Shown in pieces: positions 1 to 9,454 of a stretch of DNA of 64,000 nucleotides; position 1 is the stretch's first letter, and each line of letters opens with the position of its first letter. The notes below the pieces were generated by a model. The model saw only the letters and a program-made list of their open reading frames with translations. It was not told the DNA's origin and searched no databases. Source of the stretch: an uncultured Desulfurococcales archaeon (GTDB lineage: Archaea > Thermoproteota > Thermoprotei_A > CAZTBM01 > SZUA-1508); NCBI GenBank assembly GCA_964611985.1, contig CAZTBM010000003.1, positions 692-64,691 on the forward strand, written 5' to 3'. The position numbers and the translations under genes are program-made.

Positions 1-2
1 TT

Positions 3-470
3 ATGGCACGGGCAGGAGCAAGAGGAAACATATTAAACTTAACACAAATGGCGGCAGCACTAGGACAGCAATCAGTCAGAGGACAGAGAATCGTCAGAGG
101 CTACAAAGATAGAACACTACCACACTTTAAACCAGAGGATCTTGGCCCAGCTGCAAGAGGGTTCGTCGAAAGCAGCTTTAGAGGAGGACTAAGCCCAATA
201 GAAATGTTCTTCCACGCAGCGGGTGGAAGAGAGGGACTAGTAGACACGGCAGTAAGAACATCACAAAGCGGTTACATGCAACGTAGACTTATAAACGCAC
301 TTCAAGACCTGAGAGTAGAATACGACGGAACGGTTCGAACACCATTAGGAAACATAGTACAATTCAGATACGGAGATGACGGTATAGACCCAGCAAAGAG
401 CGACCATGGAAAAGCAGTTAACATAGAAAAGATACTTGAGAAAGTCTTAGGACCAAAGGTGATAGTCTAA
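3..470 (+). CDS. rpoA1: DNA-directed RNA polymerase subunit A' (Rpo1N), C-terminal fragment; 5' end lies outside the window
   Basis: ORF is open to the window edge. The segment [23 protein letters not shown] is the conserved largest-subunit region. Stop overlaps the rpoA2 start (TAATG 468-472). Confidence 0.9.
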   Translation: MARAGARGNILNLTQMAAALGQQSVRGQRIVRGYKDRTLPHFKPEDLGPAARGFVESSFRGGLSPIEMFFHAAGGREGLVDTAVRTSQSGYMQRRLINALQDLRVEYDGTVRTPLGNIVQFRYGDDGIDPAKSDHGKAVNIEKILEKVLGPKVIV

Positions 471-1651
471 TGAGCAAGCCCCTATCATTAGATGAGAAAA
501 AAGAGAAAATATGGAAGCTAAAAGGTATATTACCTTCATCACTACTAAGTGAGCTAGAAGAGAAGATCAAGAACCTTGAAATAACAAGTGAAGAACTTGA
601 CAAAATATTATCAGAAGTTGTAAAGGAGTACTTCAAGGCACAAGTTGAACCAGGTGAAGCAGTAGGAACAGTTGCAGCCCAATCAATAGGTGAACCAAGC
701 ACTCAGATGACGTTGAGAACATTCCACTATGCAGGTGTAAGAGAGTTTAACGTAACATTAGGACTACCAAGACTAATAGAGATAGTTGATGCGAAAAAGA
801 CTCCTTCAACGCCAATGATGGTAATATACTTAGATGAGAAGCATAGGCATAGCAGGGAAAAGGCATTAGAGGTTGCGAGGAGAATAGAGCTAACAACAGT
901 AGAGAATGTGGCGCGAAGTGTTGATGTAGATCTCTTCTTAAACGCTATCGTAGTGGAATTAGACCCTGACATGATGGAAGATAAGGGAGTGACGATAGAC
1001 CAAGTTATGAAGGCTATTGAGAAGACAAAAGTAGGTAAAGTGTTACAGGACCCCGAGAACAAGTATAGGATAATAGTTGAACTGGAAGAAACAAGTGAGA
1101 TAACGAAAATGCAAAAATTAAGGGATAAAATACTGAATGCAAAAATCAAAGGACTGAAGGGCATACGAAGAGCAATAATTCAAAAGAGGGGAGACGAGTA
1201 TGTTCTAGTAACTGATGGATCAAATCTTGCAGGAGTACTTACTATTGAAGGAGTAGACTACAAGAGAACGGTAACAAACGACATCCATGAAGTGGAGGCT
1301 GTTCTAGGAATAGAGGCGGCTAGGGCAGTAATAATAAACGAAATAATGAACGTACTAGAAGACCAAGGTTTAGACGTGGACATAAGACATGTAATGCTCG
1401 TAGCAGACATTATGACCCAAACCGGTAGAGTAAGACAAATAGGTAGACATGGAGTAAGCGGTGAGAAGCCAAGCGTACTAGCTAGAGCAGCATTTGAAGT
1501 AACAGTGAGACATCTATTAGATGCAGCTGTTAGAGGAGAAACAGATGAATTATCAGGTGTAGCCGAAAACGTTATAGTAGGGCAGATAATACCAGTAGGA
1601 ACAGGCATTGTTCATCTCTTCATGCGACCGCCAGGAGCTAGGGAAAAGTAA
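470..1651 (+). CDS. rpoA2: DNA-directed RNA polymerase subunit A'' (Rpo1C)
   Basis: 393 aa with [31 protein letters not shown] and a C-terminal [10 protein letters not shown] block. Sits in the canonical position after rpoA1. Confidence 0.95.
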   Translation: MSKPLSLDEKKEKIWKLKGILPSSLLSELEEKIKNLEITSEELDKILSEVVKEYFKAQVEPGEAVGTVAAQSIGEPSTQMTLRTFHYAGVREFNVTLGLPRLIEIVDAKKTPSTPMMVIYLDEKHRHSREKALEVARRIELTTVENVARSVDVDLFLNAIVVELDPDMMEDKGVTIDQVMKAIEKTKVGKVLQDPENKYRIIVELEETSEITKMQKLRDKILNAKIKGLKGIRRAIIQKRGDEYVLVTDGSNLAGVLTIEGVDYKRTVTNDIHEVEAVLGIEAARAVIINEIMNVLEDQGLDVDIRHVMLVADIMTQTGRVRQIGRHGVSGEKPSVLARAAFEVTVRHLLDAAVRGETDELSGVAENVIVGQIIPVGTGIVHLFMRPPGAREK

Positions 1652-1666
1652 AACGGTGGCAAGTAC

Positions 1667-1996
1667 ATGGTGTCATTTGAAAGCGAATTAAGAATGGTAT
1701 TAAAAACAGGGAAAGTTGTTTTAGGATCAAAACAAACAATAAAGTATGTGAAGCTTGGTAAAGCAAAAATGGTAATACTTGCAGCTAATGCACCGCCAAA
1801 TATAAAGAACGATATACTCTATTATGCCAAACTTTCAAATATACCAGTATACATTTATAAAGGAACTAGTGTAGATCTCGGTACACTCTGTGGTAAACCC
1901 TTCATGGTCTCAGCTATTACAATACTTGATGAAGGTGACTCTAGAATCCTCGAGCTGGCAGAGGAATCTGAAGCTAAAGAGGGAGGTGGAAGGTAA
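1667..1996 (+). CDS. rpl30e: 50S ribosomal protein L30e
   Basis: 109 aa with [12 protein letters not shown]...[11 protein letters not shown] typical of L30e. Conserved rpoA2-L30e-nusA order. Confidence 0.9.
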   Translation: MVSFESELRMVLKTGKVVLGSKQTIKYVKLGKAKMVILAANAPPNIKNDILYYAKLSNIPVYIYKGTSVDLGTLCGKPFMVSAITILDEGDSRILELAEESEAKEGGGR

Positions 1997-1999
1997 AGT

Positions 2000-2434
2000 T
2001 TGCCTGAAATAAAACTCACACCTGACGAAATGAGGTATATTGCATTATTTCAAGATGTAACAGGAGCTGTAGTTAAAGATTGTATAGTTGATAACGACGA
2101 GAATAGAATAATATTCCTTGTTAGACCAGGAGACATGGGCTTAGCTATAGGCAAGAACGGAATAAACATTAAGAGAATAAGAAAGATAATAGGCAAGAAC
2201 ATTGAGGTTGTAGAGTTCTCTAATAAACTTGAAGAGTTAGCCAAGAATGCTCTGGCGCCAGCACGAGTACGTTCGGTAAAGATTGTTTCAAGACATGATG
2301 GTAGGAAAGTAGTCTACGTAAACGTTGACCCTCGGGACAAAGGTATAGCGATAGGTAAAGCAGGTAGGAATGTAGCGAGAGCAAGATTAATATTAAAGAG
2401 GTATTTTGATATAGACTCAGTATTTGTGATATAA
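2000..2434 (+). CDS. nusA: Archaeal NusA-like termination factor (two KH domains)
   Basis: 144 aa, TTG start. Two KH GxxG motifs (AIGKNGINIKRI, AIGKAGRNVARA). Conserved position before rps12. Confidence 0.85.
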   Translation: MPEIKLTPDEMRYIALFQDVTGAVVKDCIVDNDENRIIFLVRPGDMGLAIGKNGINIKRIRKIIGKNIEVVEFSNKLEELAKNALAPARVRSVKIVSRHDGRKVVYVNVDPRDKGIAIGKAGRNVARARLILKRYFDIDSVFVI

Positions 2435-2513
2435 GACTAGTATAATTAAAACTTAAAAACTCTAGAAACTAACTATCCTACAGCCGAGAAGAAAGTATAG
2501 GAGGGCATAGAAT

Positions 2514-2957
2514 ATGCCTGGCAAAAAGGCCCCAGCAGGGCTATTCGCGGCAAGAAAGCTTAGGAAGAGGAGACTAAAATTTAGATGGAGTCAAAGGGAA
2601 TTTAAGATTAGGATGCTCGACATAAAGAGAAAGTATGATCCACTAGAAGGCGCACCTATGGCCAGGGGTATAGTATTAGAGAAAGTTGGTATTGAATCTA
2701 GACAACCAAACTCAGCAGTAAGAAAGTGTGTAAGAGTACAACTAATAAAGAATGGCAAAATAGTAACAGCATTCTGTCCGGGCGACGGAGCCTTAAACTT
2801 CATAGATGAACATGATGAAGTAATAATTGAAGGTATTGGCGGTTCTAAGGGTAGATCTCTAGGAGACCTACCAGGAGTTAGATATAAGGTTGTAGCAGTG
2901 AACGGTGTATCGCTCAAAGCGTTACTACTAGGTAAGAAGCAGAAGCCAACAAGATAA
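2514..2957 (+). CDS. rps12: 30S ribosomal protein S12 (uS12)
   Basis: 147 aa with [19 protein letters not shown]...AFCPGDG, the hallmark of archaeal S12. Confidence 0.95.
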   Translation: MPGKKAPAGLFAARKLRKRRLKFRWSQREFKIRMLDIKRKYDPLEGAPMARGIVLEKVGIESRQPNSAVRKCVRVQLIKNGKIVTAFCPGDGALNFIDEHDEVIIEGIGGSKGRSLGDLPGVRYKVVAVNGVSLKALLLGKKQKPTR

Positions 2958-2964
2958 AAGCTAG

Positions 2965-3408
2965 CTACTTACTCAACTCTTCTTGTTGTTGAACTAGTTT
3001 CTCGCTTACATAAACATTCTTACCCATAAGTAGGGCTAGGAATATTGCATGGCTGGGTATCATTCTCTTTCTAATTGTTGCCCCATTAACCTTTATCTCT
3101 ATACTTGCAGAGTATAAGTATGTTTGGGGATTAAGATAATCTATGTAAACATCTCCTATTTTACTGCCAATATCGTCTTTTAAGAGTTCTTTAAAGAAAC
3201 TTAATATATCGAAGATACTTTCCCTTTCCATATAATATGACTCATCCTGTATCCTATTTATCGCCACAACTATTTCTAAAGGAACATGATATAGATAGAA
3301 TTGTCTACCATCTTCTAAATGGCATACTATTACTGTCGTATGGGGCGATGTTGGAGTAATGAAAGCCTCTATCCGTTCTACCTTAACCATATCATTCTTC
3401 TGTTGCAT
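2965..3408 (-). CDS. Bifunctional-nuclease-domain (DUF151/BFN-like) protein, divergent
   Basis: 147 aa. The pattern VKVERIEAF..VIVCHLEDGRQFYL...IPSHAIFLALLMGKNVYVSEKL matches the BFN layout (RPSDAIALAL-type C-terminal motif) with substitutions. Opposite strand to the flanking rps12/rps7. Confidence 0.5.
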   Translation of the reverse strand: MQQKNDMVKVERIEAFITPTSPHTTVIVCHLEDGRQFYLYHVPLEIVVAINRIQDESYYMERESIFDILSFFKELLKDDIGSKIGDVYIDYLNPQTYLYSASIEIKVNGATIRKRMIPSHAIFLALLMGKNVYVSEKLVQQQEELSK

Positions 3409-3419
3409 ATTGTAATTGT

Positions 3420-3450
3420 ACCTCCTCTACACAGTCCTAACTAAGGAGGT
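3420..3450 (-). promoter_or_regulatory. Possible anti-SD/SD hairpin in the 5' leader of the DUF151 nuclease gene
   Basis: ACCTCCT (3420-3426) and AGGAGGT (3444-3450) are perfect 7-nt inverted repeats. On the minus-strand mRNA the 3' arm (3420-3426) is part of the gene's Shine-Dalgarno (GAGGAGGU), which ends 11 nt before the ATG at 3408. Confidence 0.3.
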
Positions 3451-3544
3451 TATGTGTATTAATACGTTACCTTAATACATTTAACGTTAAACCTATAAGT
3501 AACCTCTGAGAACACACACCAGACGGTCTAAGAGGGTAAACGAT

Positions 3545-4138
3545 ATGGCTAATAAGGAGGTAACTGTAAGCACACCAGACATAAAGTTGTTTGGGAAGTG
3601 GAGTTTCGAAGGGATAGATGTAAGAGACCCTAGCCTTAAGAAGTACATATCACTTAAACCAGTATGGTTACCTCATACCGGAGGTAGACATGAGCATAAA
3701 AGGTTTGGTAAAGCAGGGGTACCAATAGTAGAGAGATTAATAAACAAGATAATGAGGCCAGGTAGGCAAGGAGGCAAGAAACACCTAGCATATAATATAG
3801 TTAAGAAGGCGTTCGACATAATTTACCTAAAGACAAGAGAAAACCCAATACAGGTATTAGTTAGAGCTATTGAGAATGCTGCACCAAGAGAAGAAACAAC
3901 AAGAATAGCATACGGTGGAATAGTATACCATGTTGCTGTAGATGTTTCTCCCCAGCGAAGAGTAGATTTGGCGCTAAGATTTATAACAGAAGGTGCACGA
4001 ATGGCAGCATTTAATAATCCAAAACCCATTGAAGAATGCCTAGCGGACGAGATAATATTAGCTGCAGCAGGAGATCCCAAGAGCTATGCTGTATCACGTA
4101 AAGAGGAGATAGAGAGAATAGCATTAAGCTCAAGGTAA
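3545..4138 (+). CDS. rps7: 30S ribosomal protein S7 (uS7)
   Basis: 197 aa with the [11 protein letters not shown]-terminus and [14 protein letters not shown] block typical of archaeal S7. Confidence 0.95.
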   Translation: MANKEVTVSTPDIKLFGKWSFEGIDVRDPSLKKYISLKPVWLPHTGGRHEHKRFGKAGVPIVERLINKIMRPGRQGGKKHLAYNIVKKAFDIIYLKTRENPIQVLVRAIENAAPREETTRIAYGGIVYHVAVDVSPQRRVDLALRFITEGARMAAFNNPKPIEECLADEIILAAAGDPKSYAVSRKEEIERIALSSR

Positions 4139-4298
4139 CCTCTAATACTCAGTTTTAGATTAGCTAGTGATTTTAGCAGATTTCTAAACTTCCTCTCATC
4201 CTCTATTCTTAAGTTTAAAATTTAATAAGGAAAATCCTTATAACGCCCTCTGTACAAATCCTCTACAGCCTAAAAGTGATAATGAGGATGAAAAAGTC

Positions 4299-5618
4299 AT
4301 GTCAAAACTCGAAAAACCACACTTAAACCTCGTAGTAATAGGCCATGTAGACCATGGTAAGAGCACACTAGTAGGACATATGTTATACAGACTAGGATTC
4401 ATTGACCCAAAGAAGATGAAAGAGATCGAAGAGGAAGCTAAGAAGCGTGGACAGGAGTCATTCAAGTTTGCTTGGATACTAGATAAACTAAAAGAGGAGA
4501 GAGAAAGAGGTTTAACAATAGACCTAACATTCATGAAGTTCGAGACAAAGAAATACTTCTTCACAGTAATTGACGCTCCAGGTCATAGAGACTTCGTAAA
4601 GAACATGATTACAGGTGCATCACAGGCTGATGCAGCTCTACTAGTAGTATCAGCTAAGAAGGGAGAATTCGAGGCAGGAATGAGCGCTGAGGGACAAACA
4701 AGAGAGCACCTATGTCTAATTAAGGCAATGGGTATAACACAATTAGCTGTAGCAGTGAACAAAATGGATGACCCAACAGTAAACTGGAGTCAGAAAAGAT
4801 ACGAACAGGTAAGAGACATTGTATCAAAGTACCTAAAGACCTTAGGATATAAAGTTGACAAAATAAGATTCGTACCAGTATCAGCATGGTACGGAGACAA
4901 CATCATAGAGAGAAGCAAGAACATGCCATGGTATAAGGGTCCAACACTAGTAGAAGCACTAGACGAGTTTGAACTGCCACCTAAGCCAATAGACAAACCA
5001 CTAAGAATACCAATACAGGACGTCTACGTAATTACAGGTGTAGGTACAGTACCAGTCGGTAGAGTAGAGACAGGAGTACTAAAGGTTGGTGACAAAGTAG
5101 TATTCATGCCGCCAGGTAAGGTTGGTGAAGTGAGAAGCATTGAAACACACCACGTTAGGATTGAGAAAGCTGAACCAGGAGACAATATCGGATTTAACGT
5201 TAGAGGCGTATCAAAGAGAGATATCAGAAGAGGAGATGTAGCAGGACACTTAACGAATCCACCAACAGTAGTTGACGAATTTACTGCAAGAGTATTCATA
5301 CTATGGCATCCAACAGCAATAGCACCAGGATATACACCAGTAGTTCATGCACACACAGCAAGCGTAGCATGTAGAATAATTGAGATCATAGGCAAGATTG
5401 ACCCAAGAACTGGTGTTATTAAAGAGAAGAACCCACCTTTCATAAAGCAAGGTGACATCGCAATAGTAAGATTTAAGCCAATCAAGCCTATGGTAGTAGA
5501 AAAGTATAGTGAAATACCACAATTAGGAAGATTTGCCATCAGAGATATGGGTAGAACAATAGGTATTGGAATAATTACCGATGTAAAACCAACAAAAGTA
5601 GAGATTAGAACCAAATAA
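4299..5618 (+). CDS. tuf: Translation elongation factor EF-1 alpha
   Basis: 439 aa with G-motifs GHVDHGKST, DAPGH and NKMD. Canonical S7-EF1a-S10 order. Confidence 0.97.
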   Translation: MSKLEKPHLNLVVIGHVDHGKSTLVGHMLYRLGFIDPKKMKEIEEEAKKRGQESFKFAWILDKLKEERERGLTIDLTFMKFETKKYFFTVIDAPGHRDFVKNMITGASQADAALLVVSAKKGEFEAGMSAEGQTREHLCLIKAMGITQLAVAVNKMDDPTVNWSQKRYEQVRDIVSKYLKTLGYKVDKIRFVPVSAWYGDNIIERSKNMPWYKGPTLVEALDEFELPPKPIDKPLRIPIQDVYVITGVGTVPVGRVETGVLKVGDKVVFMPPGKVGEVRSIETHHVRIEKAEPGDNIGFNVRGVSKRDIRRGDVAGHLTNPPTVVDEFTARVFILWHPTAIAPGYTPVVHAHTASVACRIIEIIGKIDPRTGVIKEKNPPFIKQGDIAIVRFKPIKPMVVEKYSEIPQLGRFAIRDMGRTIGIGIITDVKPTKVEIRTK

Positions 5619-5707
5619 TAAGAGCAAGTAATTTTTAACCTGACAAATAAAAATATAAATAATTTTTAACCTCCAACCACTATCAAGAAAGGAAATAGGG
5701 GAGAAGG

Positions 5708-6016
5708 ATGGTATCAAAGGCGCGAATACGACTCTGGAGTACAAATATTAACAATCTAAACTATGTGGTAGACCAGATAAAGAAGATTGCAGAAAAAACT
5801 GGAGTAAAAATGTCAGGCCCAATACCATTACCAACAAAGAGACTAGTGGTACCCGTAAGGAGAACACCCTGTGGTGAAGGAAGTAGTACATGGGATAAAT
5901 GGGAGATGAGAATACATAAAAGAATAATAGACATAGTTGCCGATGAAAGAGTAATGAGACAAATAATGAGAGTTAGAGTACCAGAAGACGTATACATAGA
6001 GATAGAACTAATATAA
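5708..6016 (+). CDS. rps10: 30S ribosomal protein S10 (uS10)
   Basis: 102 aa with ARIRLWSTN...[10 protein letters not shown]...[12 protein letters not shown]. Confidence 0.95.
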   Translation: MVSKARIRLWSTNINNLNYVVDQIKKIAEKTGVKMSGPIPLPTKRLVVPVRRTPCGEGSSTWDKWEMRIHKRIIDIVADERVMRQIMRVRVPEDVYIEIELI

Positions 6017-6143
6017 TACTGCATACATGTACATGTAGATACGTAGTTAAGAAACATCTTTTGTACAGATAAAAAATATACTACTAAATAATTCTATATT
6101 GCCAAGACTGTCCCGTGTAGAAAACATTTTAGAGTGACTAGAA

Positions 6144-6156
6144 TTAAAATAGTATA
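6144..6156 (+). promoter_or_regulatory. TATA-like box upstream of tRNA-Ser
   Basis: TTAAAATAGTATA is centred about 22 nt upstream of tRNA position 1 (6171). That spacing fits archaeal promoters. Confidence 0.3.
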
Positions 6157-6170
6157 CTGGGCATTTATGT

Positions 6171-6281
6171 GCCGGGGTGACCGAGCGGCCTAAGGTGCCG
6201 GCCTGGAGAACATTCTACACTACCCGGTAAGCCGGTGGGGGATGGTCCCCCGCGCGGGTTCAAATCCCGCCCCCGGCGCCA
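6171..6281 (+). tRNA. tRNA-Ser (anticodon GGA) with a 21-nt intron at the canonical 37/38 position; CCA encoded
   Basis: Folded by hand. Acceptor GCCGGGG/CCCCGGC; 3-bp D stem ACC/GGT; anticodon stem CCGGC (6198-6202)/GCCGG (6231-6235). Loop is CU-GGA-G, with the intron at 6209-6229. Long variable arm GGGGG-AUGGU-CCCCC; T arm GCGGG-UUCAAAU-CCCGC; discriminator G. Confidence 0.85.
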
Positions 6282-6423
6282 CTACTTCTCTAAAAACGTT
6301 TATTTTCCTCCCGAGGATACAATCTTTTCCTAGGTGTAATATTGGCTAAGACAATTATGCTTGAGGCTAGAAGTGGCTCTATACCTGAGGAAGTAATTAT
6401 TGTTGTGAAAGAGGAGGGTGTTG

Positions 6424-6630
6424 ATGCAAATAAGCTTAGAACAAGGTATGAAACTTAACAAAAAACACTATGTAGTAGTAGACGCCAAGGACTCCATCGA
6501 AATAAATCCAGATGCAATAAGGGTAGCCAGATATCTACGTATGGTTAATAAACTCATAGAGAAATATCCCGACACTCTTAAAGAGCTTGAAAAACATAGC
6601 TTAGAATGCAAACTGATCAGCCAGCTCTAA
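6424..6630 (+). CDS. Hypothetical small protein (68 aa from ATG 6424)
   Basis: ORF with GGAGG (6412-6416) 7 nt upstream of ATG 6424. No recognisable motifs. Overlaps a 33-codon ORF (6357-6458) in another frame. Confidence 0.3.
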   Translation: MQISLEQGMKLNKKHYVVVDAKDSIEINPDAIRVARYLRMVNKLIEKYPDTLKELEKHSLECKLISQL

Positions 6631-6782
6631 TCTGGAACTTTGAGTGACTTGTGAGTATCATACAATCATATTTTGATATTTTTGTCTTTTATAAAGTTAA
6701 TCACATTTTACGTAGTATGCCTTTAATCTAAACTCTTAACCTATCCACAGTCAAAGAACATCTCATATGTGTTTGTTTCATT

Positions 6783-6795
6783 AAAGTTTAAATAG
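6783..6795 (+). promoter_or_regulatory. TATA-like box for the rps13-rps4-rps11-rpoD operon
   Basis: AAAGTTTAAATAG lies about 45-60 nt upstream of the rps13 start candidates (GTG 6840 / ATG 6852), at the end of a 200-nt AT-rich spacer. Confidence 0.3.
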
Positions 6796-6839
6796 ATATC
6801 GTACTATTTGAAGTTAGAAAGTCACAGTAACAATGCGAT

Positions 6840-7304
6840 GTGACAAAGACCATGTCGACCCCAGCATTTAGATACATTGTTAGAATAGCTGGAATAGATA
6901 TTGATGGAAATCTTAAGGTAGTCCACGGTCTATCTAAAATTAAAGGTGTAGGTGTAACGCTAGCCTACGCTCTCTGTAGGACTCTAGGTATAGATCCCGA
7001 GAAAAGAATAGGCTTCCTTACAGAAGCCGAAGTGAAACGTATCGAAGATGCATTAAATAACCCTAAAGCGTTAGGTTTGCCATCTTGGCTATTAAATAGA
7101 AGGAAGGATTATGTAACAGGTGAAGATAAACACTATGTGGGAGCAGACTTAATAATGGTTGTAAGGGAGGATATAGAGCGTCTTAAGAGAATAAAGTGCT
7201 GGCGCGGTATAAGACATGCTTTAGGATTAAAGGTTAGAGGTCAAAGAACCCGTACTACAGGTAGAACTGGTATAACCGTTGGAGTTAAAAGAAGAAAGAG
7301 GTAA
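6840..7304 (+). CDS. rps13: 30S ribosomal protein S13 (uS13)
   Basis: 154 aa with FRYIVRIAGIDIDGN...GVG...RGIRH..GLKVRGQRTRTTGR. Start is GTG 6840 or ATG 6852. Confidence 0.95.
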   Translation: MTKTMSTPAFRYIVRIAGIDIDGNLKVVHGLSKIKGVGVTLAYALCRTLGIDPEKRIGFLTEAEVKRIEDALNNPKALGLPSWLLNRRKDYVTGEDKHYVGADLIMVVREDIERLKRIKCWRGIRHALGLKVRGQRTRTTGRTGITVGVKRRKR

Positions 7305-7316
7305 AGGTGAAGCAGT

Positions 7317-7838
7317 ATGGGTGATCCCAAAAAGCCTAAGAAAAAATGGGTTGGTCCAAGCCATCCATGGATTAAGGAAGTTCTAATAGAAGAAATGGAT
7401 CTTATGGGAAGATATGGATTAAGAAATAAGAGGGAACTATGGATAGCGAAAACGATAATCAGAAAGTTTAGGAGGCAGGCGTGTAGTCTTCTAGCATTAC
7501 CTGAACAAGAGAGAAAAGAGAGAGAAAAAACACTTCTCAACAAGCTTTACATATTAGGTTTACTTCCTGAAGACGCAACATTAGATCACGTCTTAGGCTT
7601 AACCGTGGAGGATATATTAAAGAGGAGATTACAAACAATAGTCTACATGAAGGGTCTTGCCCGGACAATACATGAAGCTAGACAATTAATAGTCCATGGA
7701 CATATAGCTATTGGAGGCAGAAGAGTAAACGCACCAGGCTATATAGTTAAAAGGTATGAAGAGGAATTAGTAGACTACGCACCCACAAGCCCATATAAGC
7801 TAAAAGCTCTACAGCAAGAGGCACAAACTAAAGGGTAA
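7317..7838 (+). CDS. rps4: 30S ribosomal protein S4 (uS4)
   Basis: 173 aa with the [12 protein letters not shown]-terminus and the S4 domain [22 protein letters not shown]. Confidence 0.95.
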   Translation: MGDPKKPKKKWVGPSHPWIKEVLIEEMDLMGRYGLRNKRELWIAKTIIRKFRRQACSLLALPEQERKEREKTLLNKLYILGLLPEDATLDHVLGLTVEDILKRRLQTIVYMKGLARTIHEARQLIVHGHIAIGGRRVNAPGYIVKRYEEELVDYAPTSPYKLKALQQEAQTKG

Positions 7839-7850
7839 GGGTGATAGTGT

Positions 7851-8252
7851 ATGGGATTTGCTGCACGCGAATTAAAATGGGGTGTAGCACATATCTATAG
7901 CTCACTAAACAATACGATAATCCATATTACAGACCTTACAGGTGCTGAAACTGTATCAAGAGCTTCAGGAGGAATGGTTGTTAAAGCTGATAGAGAAAAA
8001 CCATCACCTTATGCAGCCATGTTAGCAGCCTCAAGAGTGGCTCAAGAGGCGATGGATAAAGGTATAAACGCAATTCACATTAAGGTACGTGCACCTGGAG
8101 GACATGGCCCCAAGACTCCAGGGCCGGGCGCCCAAGCAGCAATAAGAGCACTTGCAAGAGCAGGCTTCATAATAGGTAGAATTGAGGATGTAACACCGAT
8201 ACCTCACGATACAACTAGAAGACCTGGTGGTAGAAGAGGTAGGAGAGTCTAA
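7851..8252 (+). CDS. rps11: 30S ribosomal protein S11 (uS11)
   Basis: 133 aa with [19 protein letters not shown]...GGMVVKADR...[15 protein letters not shown]. Confidence 0.95.
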   Translation: MGFAARELKWGVAHIYSSLNNTIIHITDLTGAETVSRASGGMVVKADREKPSPYAAMLAASRVAQEAMDKGINAIHIKVRAPGGHGPKTPGPGAQAAIRALARAGFIIGRIEDVTPIPHDTTRRPGGRRGRRV

Positions 8253-8264
8253 AAGTGGTGTAAA

Positions 8265-9074
8265 TTGATGGAAGTAAGTATACTAGGGCATACTGATAGA
8301 AGTCTAAAGGCCCTCATAAGAAATGTACCATTACCTCTAATGAATGCTTTAAGGAGGACGATAATAGCTGAAGTACCAACCATGGCAATAGATGAAGTCA
8401 TATTTATAGACAACACATCAGCATTATATGATGAAATCATAGCACATAGGTTAGGACTAATTCCTCTGAAAACAGATCTTGATAGATACAGAACTATGGA
8501 GGAGGCTGGTTGCAAAGATATTATGCAGTGTAAGGAGGCAGCTGTAAGACTCATATTAGATGTTGAAGCTAAGGATGATATTGAGATAGTTTATTCGCGT
8601 GATTTAAAATCTGAAGACCCAGAGATAGTTCCGGTTTCAGATAAGATACCAATTGCAGTACTATCAAAGGGGCAGAAGATAGCATTAGAGGCTTATGCTA
8701 GGCTGGGGAGAGGTAGAGAGCACATAAAATGGTCGCCTGTATCAGTCAGCGCCTTTAAATATTTACCAAAGATAAGGGTTAACACTGATTTATGTACTTA
8801 TTGTGGAGAATGCGTAAAAGCATGTCCTAAAAGAATATTTGACATAAAAAATGACCAAATTGAGATAAAGAATATTATAGAATGTACTTTATGTAGGTCT
8901 TGTGAAGAGGCTTGCCCAACCAAGGCTATAACCGTAACATGGGATAGTAACTCTTTTGTATTCTATCTTGAATCTACAGGCGCTTTACCTCCAAAGAGAA
9001 TAATAACGGAAGCCTTTAAAATATTAAAGAAAAAACTATTAGAACTACACAAAAGCATTGAGGGGGCAAAGTGA
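8265..9074 (+). CDS. rpoD: DNA-directed RNA polymerase subunit D (Rpo3) with ferredoxin-like 4Fe-4S insertion
   Basis: 269 aa with [19 protein letters not shown] and two Cys clusters, [12 protein letters not shown] and [12 protein letters not shown]. Confidence 0.9.
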   Translation: MMEVSILGHTDRSLKALIRNVPLPLMNALRRTIIAEVPTMAIDEVIFIDNTSALYDEIIAHRLGLIPLKTDLDRYRTMEEAGCKDIMQCKEAAVRLILDVEAKDDIEIVYSRDLKSEDPEIVPVSDKIPIAVLSKGQKIALEAYARLGRGREHIKWSPVSVSAFKYLPKIRVNTDLCTYCGECVKACPKRIFDIKNDQIEIKNIIECTLCRSCEEACPTKAITVTWDSNSFVFYLESTGALPPKRIITEAFKILKKKLLELHKSIEGAK

Positions 9075-9439
9075 TGGTGAAAAGAACAGGACCAACTAAT
9101 ATAGTCCTTCGAAAGACAATAAGACTGTTAAGGAAAATAGCTAGAGAGAATAATTCAGCCTTATGGAAGGATATAGCGGAGAGACTAGAAAAACCTAGAA
9201 GGCAAAGAGTGGCAGTGAACATAAGCAAGATCAACAGATACACCCAGGAAGGTGACGTAGTAGTAGTCCCCGGAAAAGTACTAGGTATGGGCTCACTCAA
9301 TCATTCAGTCACAGTTGCAGCCATATCCTTCTCGTCATCAGCTATAGAGAAGATAACAAAAGTCGGAGGCAAATGTTTACATATAATTGAATTGGCACTA
9401 AATAATCCAAAAGGATCCAATATTAAGATCATTCAATGA
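9074..9439 (+). CDS. rpl18e: 50S ribosomal protein L18e (eL18)
   Basis: MVKRTGPTN... sequence. ATG 9074 overlaps the rpoD TGA (9072-9074). The ORF track starts 3 nt earlier at a GTG. Confidence 0.9.
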   Translation: MVKRTGPTNIVLRKTIRLLRKIARENNSALWKDIAERLEKPRRQRVAVNISKINRYTQEGDVVVVPGKVLGMGSLNHSVTVAAISFSSSAIEKITKVGGKCLHIIELALNNPKGSNIKIIQ

Positions 9440-9454
9440 GTGGGGTGAGGAGAG

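Noticed and set aside
3444-3475. Mini-ORF (ATG 3452, 7 codons) preceded by AGGAGGT upstream of rps7
   Set aside because: The SD-like sequence ends 1 nt before the ATG, which is too close for initiation. The motif is better explained as the complement arm of the DUF151 leader hairpin.
6171-6840. Integrated element at tRNA-Ser
   Set aside because: I saw no repeat of the tRNA 3' half downstream, no integrase or other mobile-element gene, and only about 0.5 kb of extra DNA.
9437-9448. TGA read-through or recoding as the explanation for in-frame L18e-L13 and EcfA'-EcfT junctions
   Set aside because: TGA terminates rpoD, rpl13, rps2, the Memo gene and eif2g at their expected conserved C-termini. 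The IDI2 case involves TAA and a different frame. It is kept only as a minor alternative.
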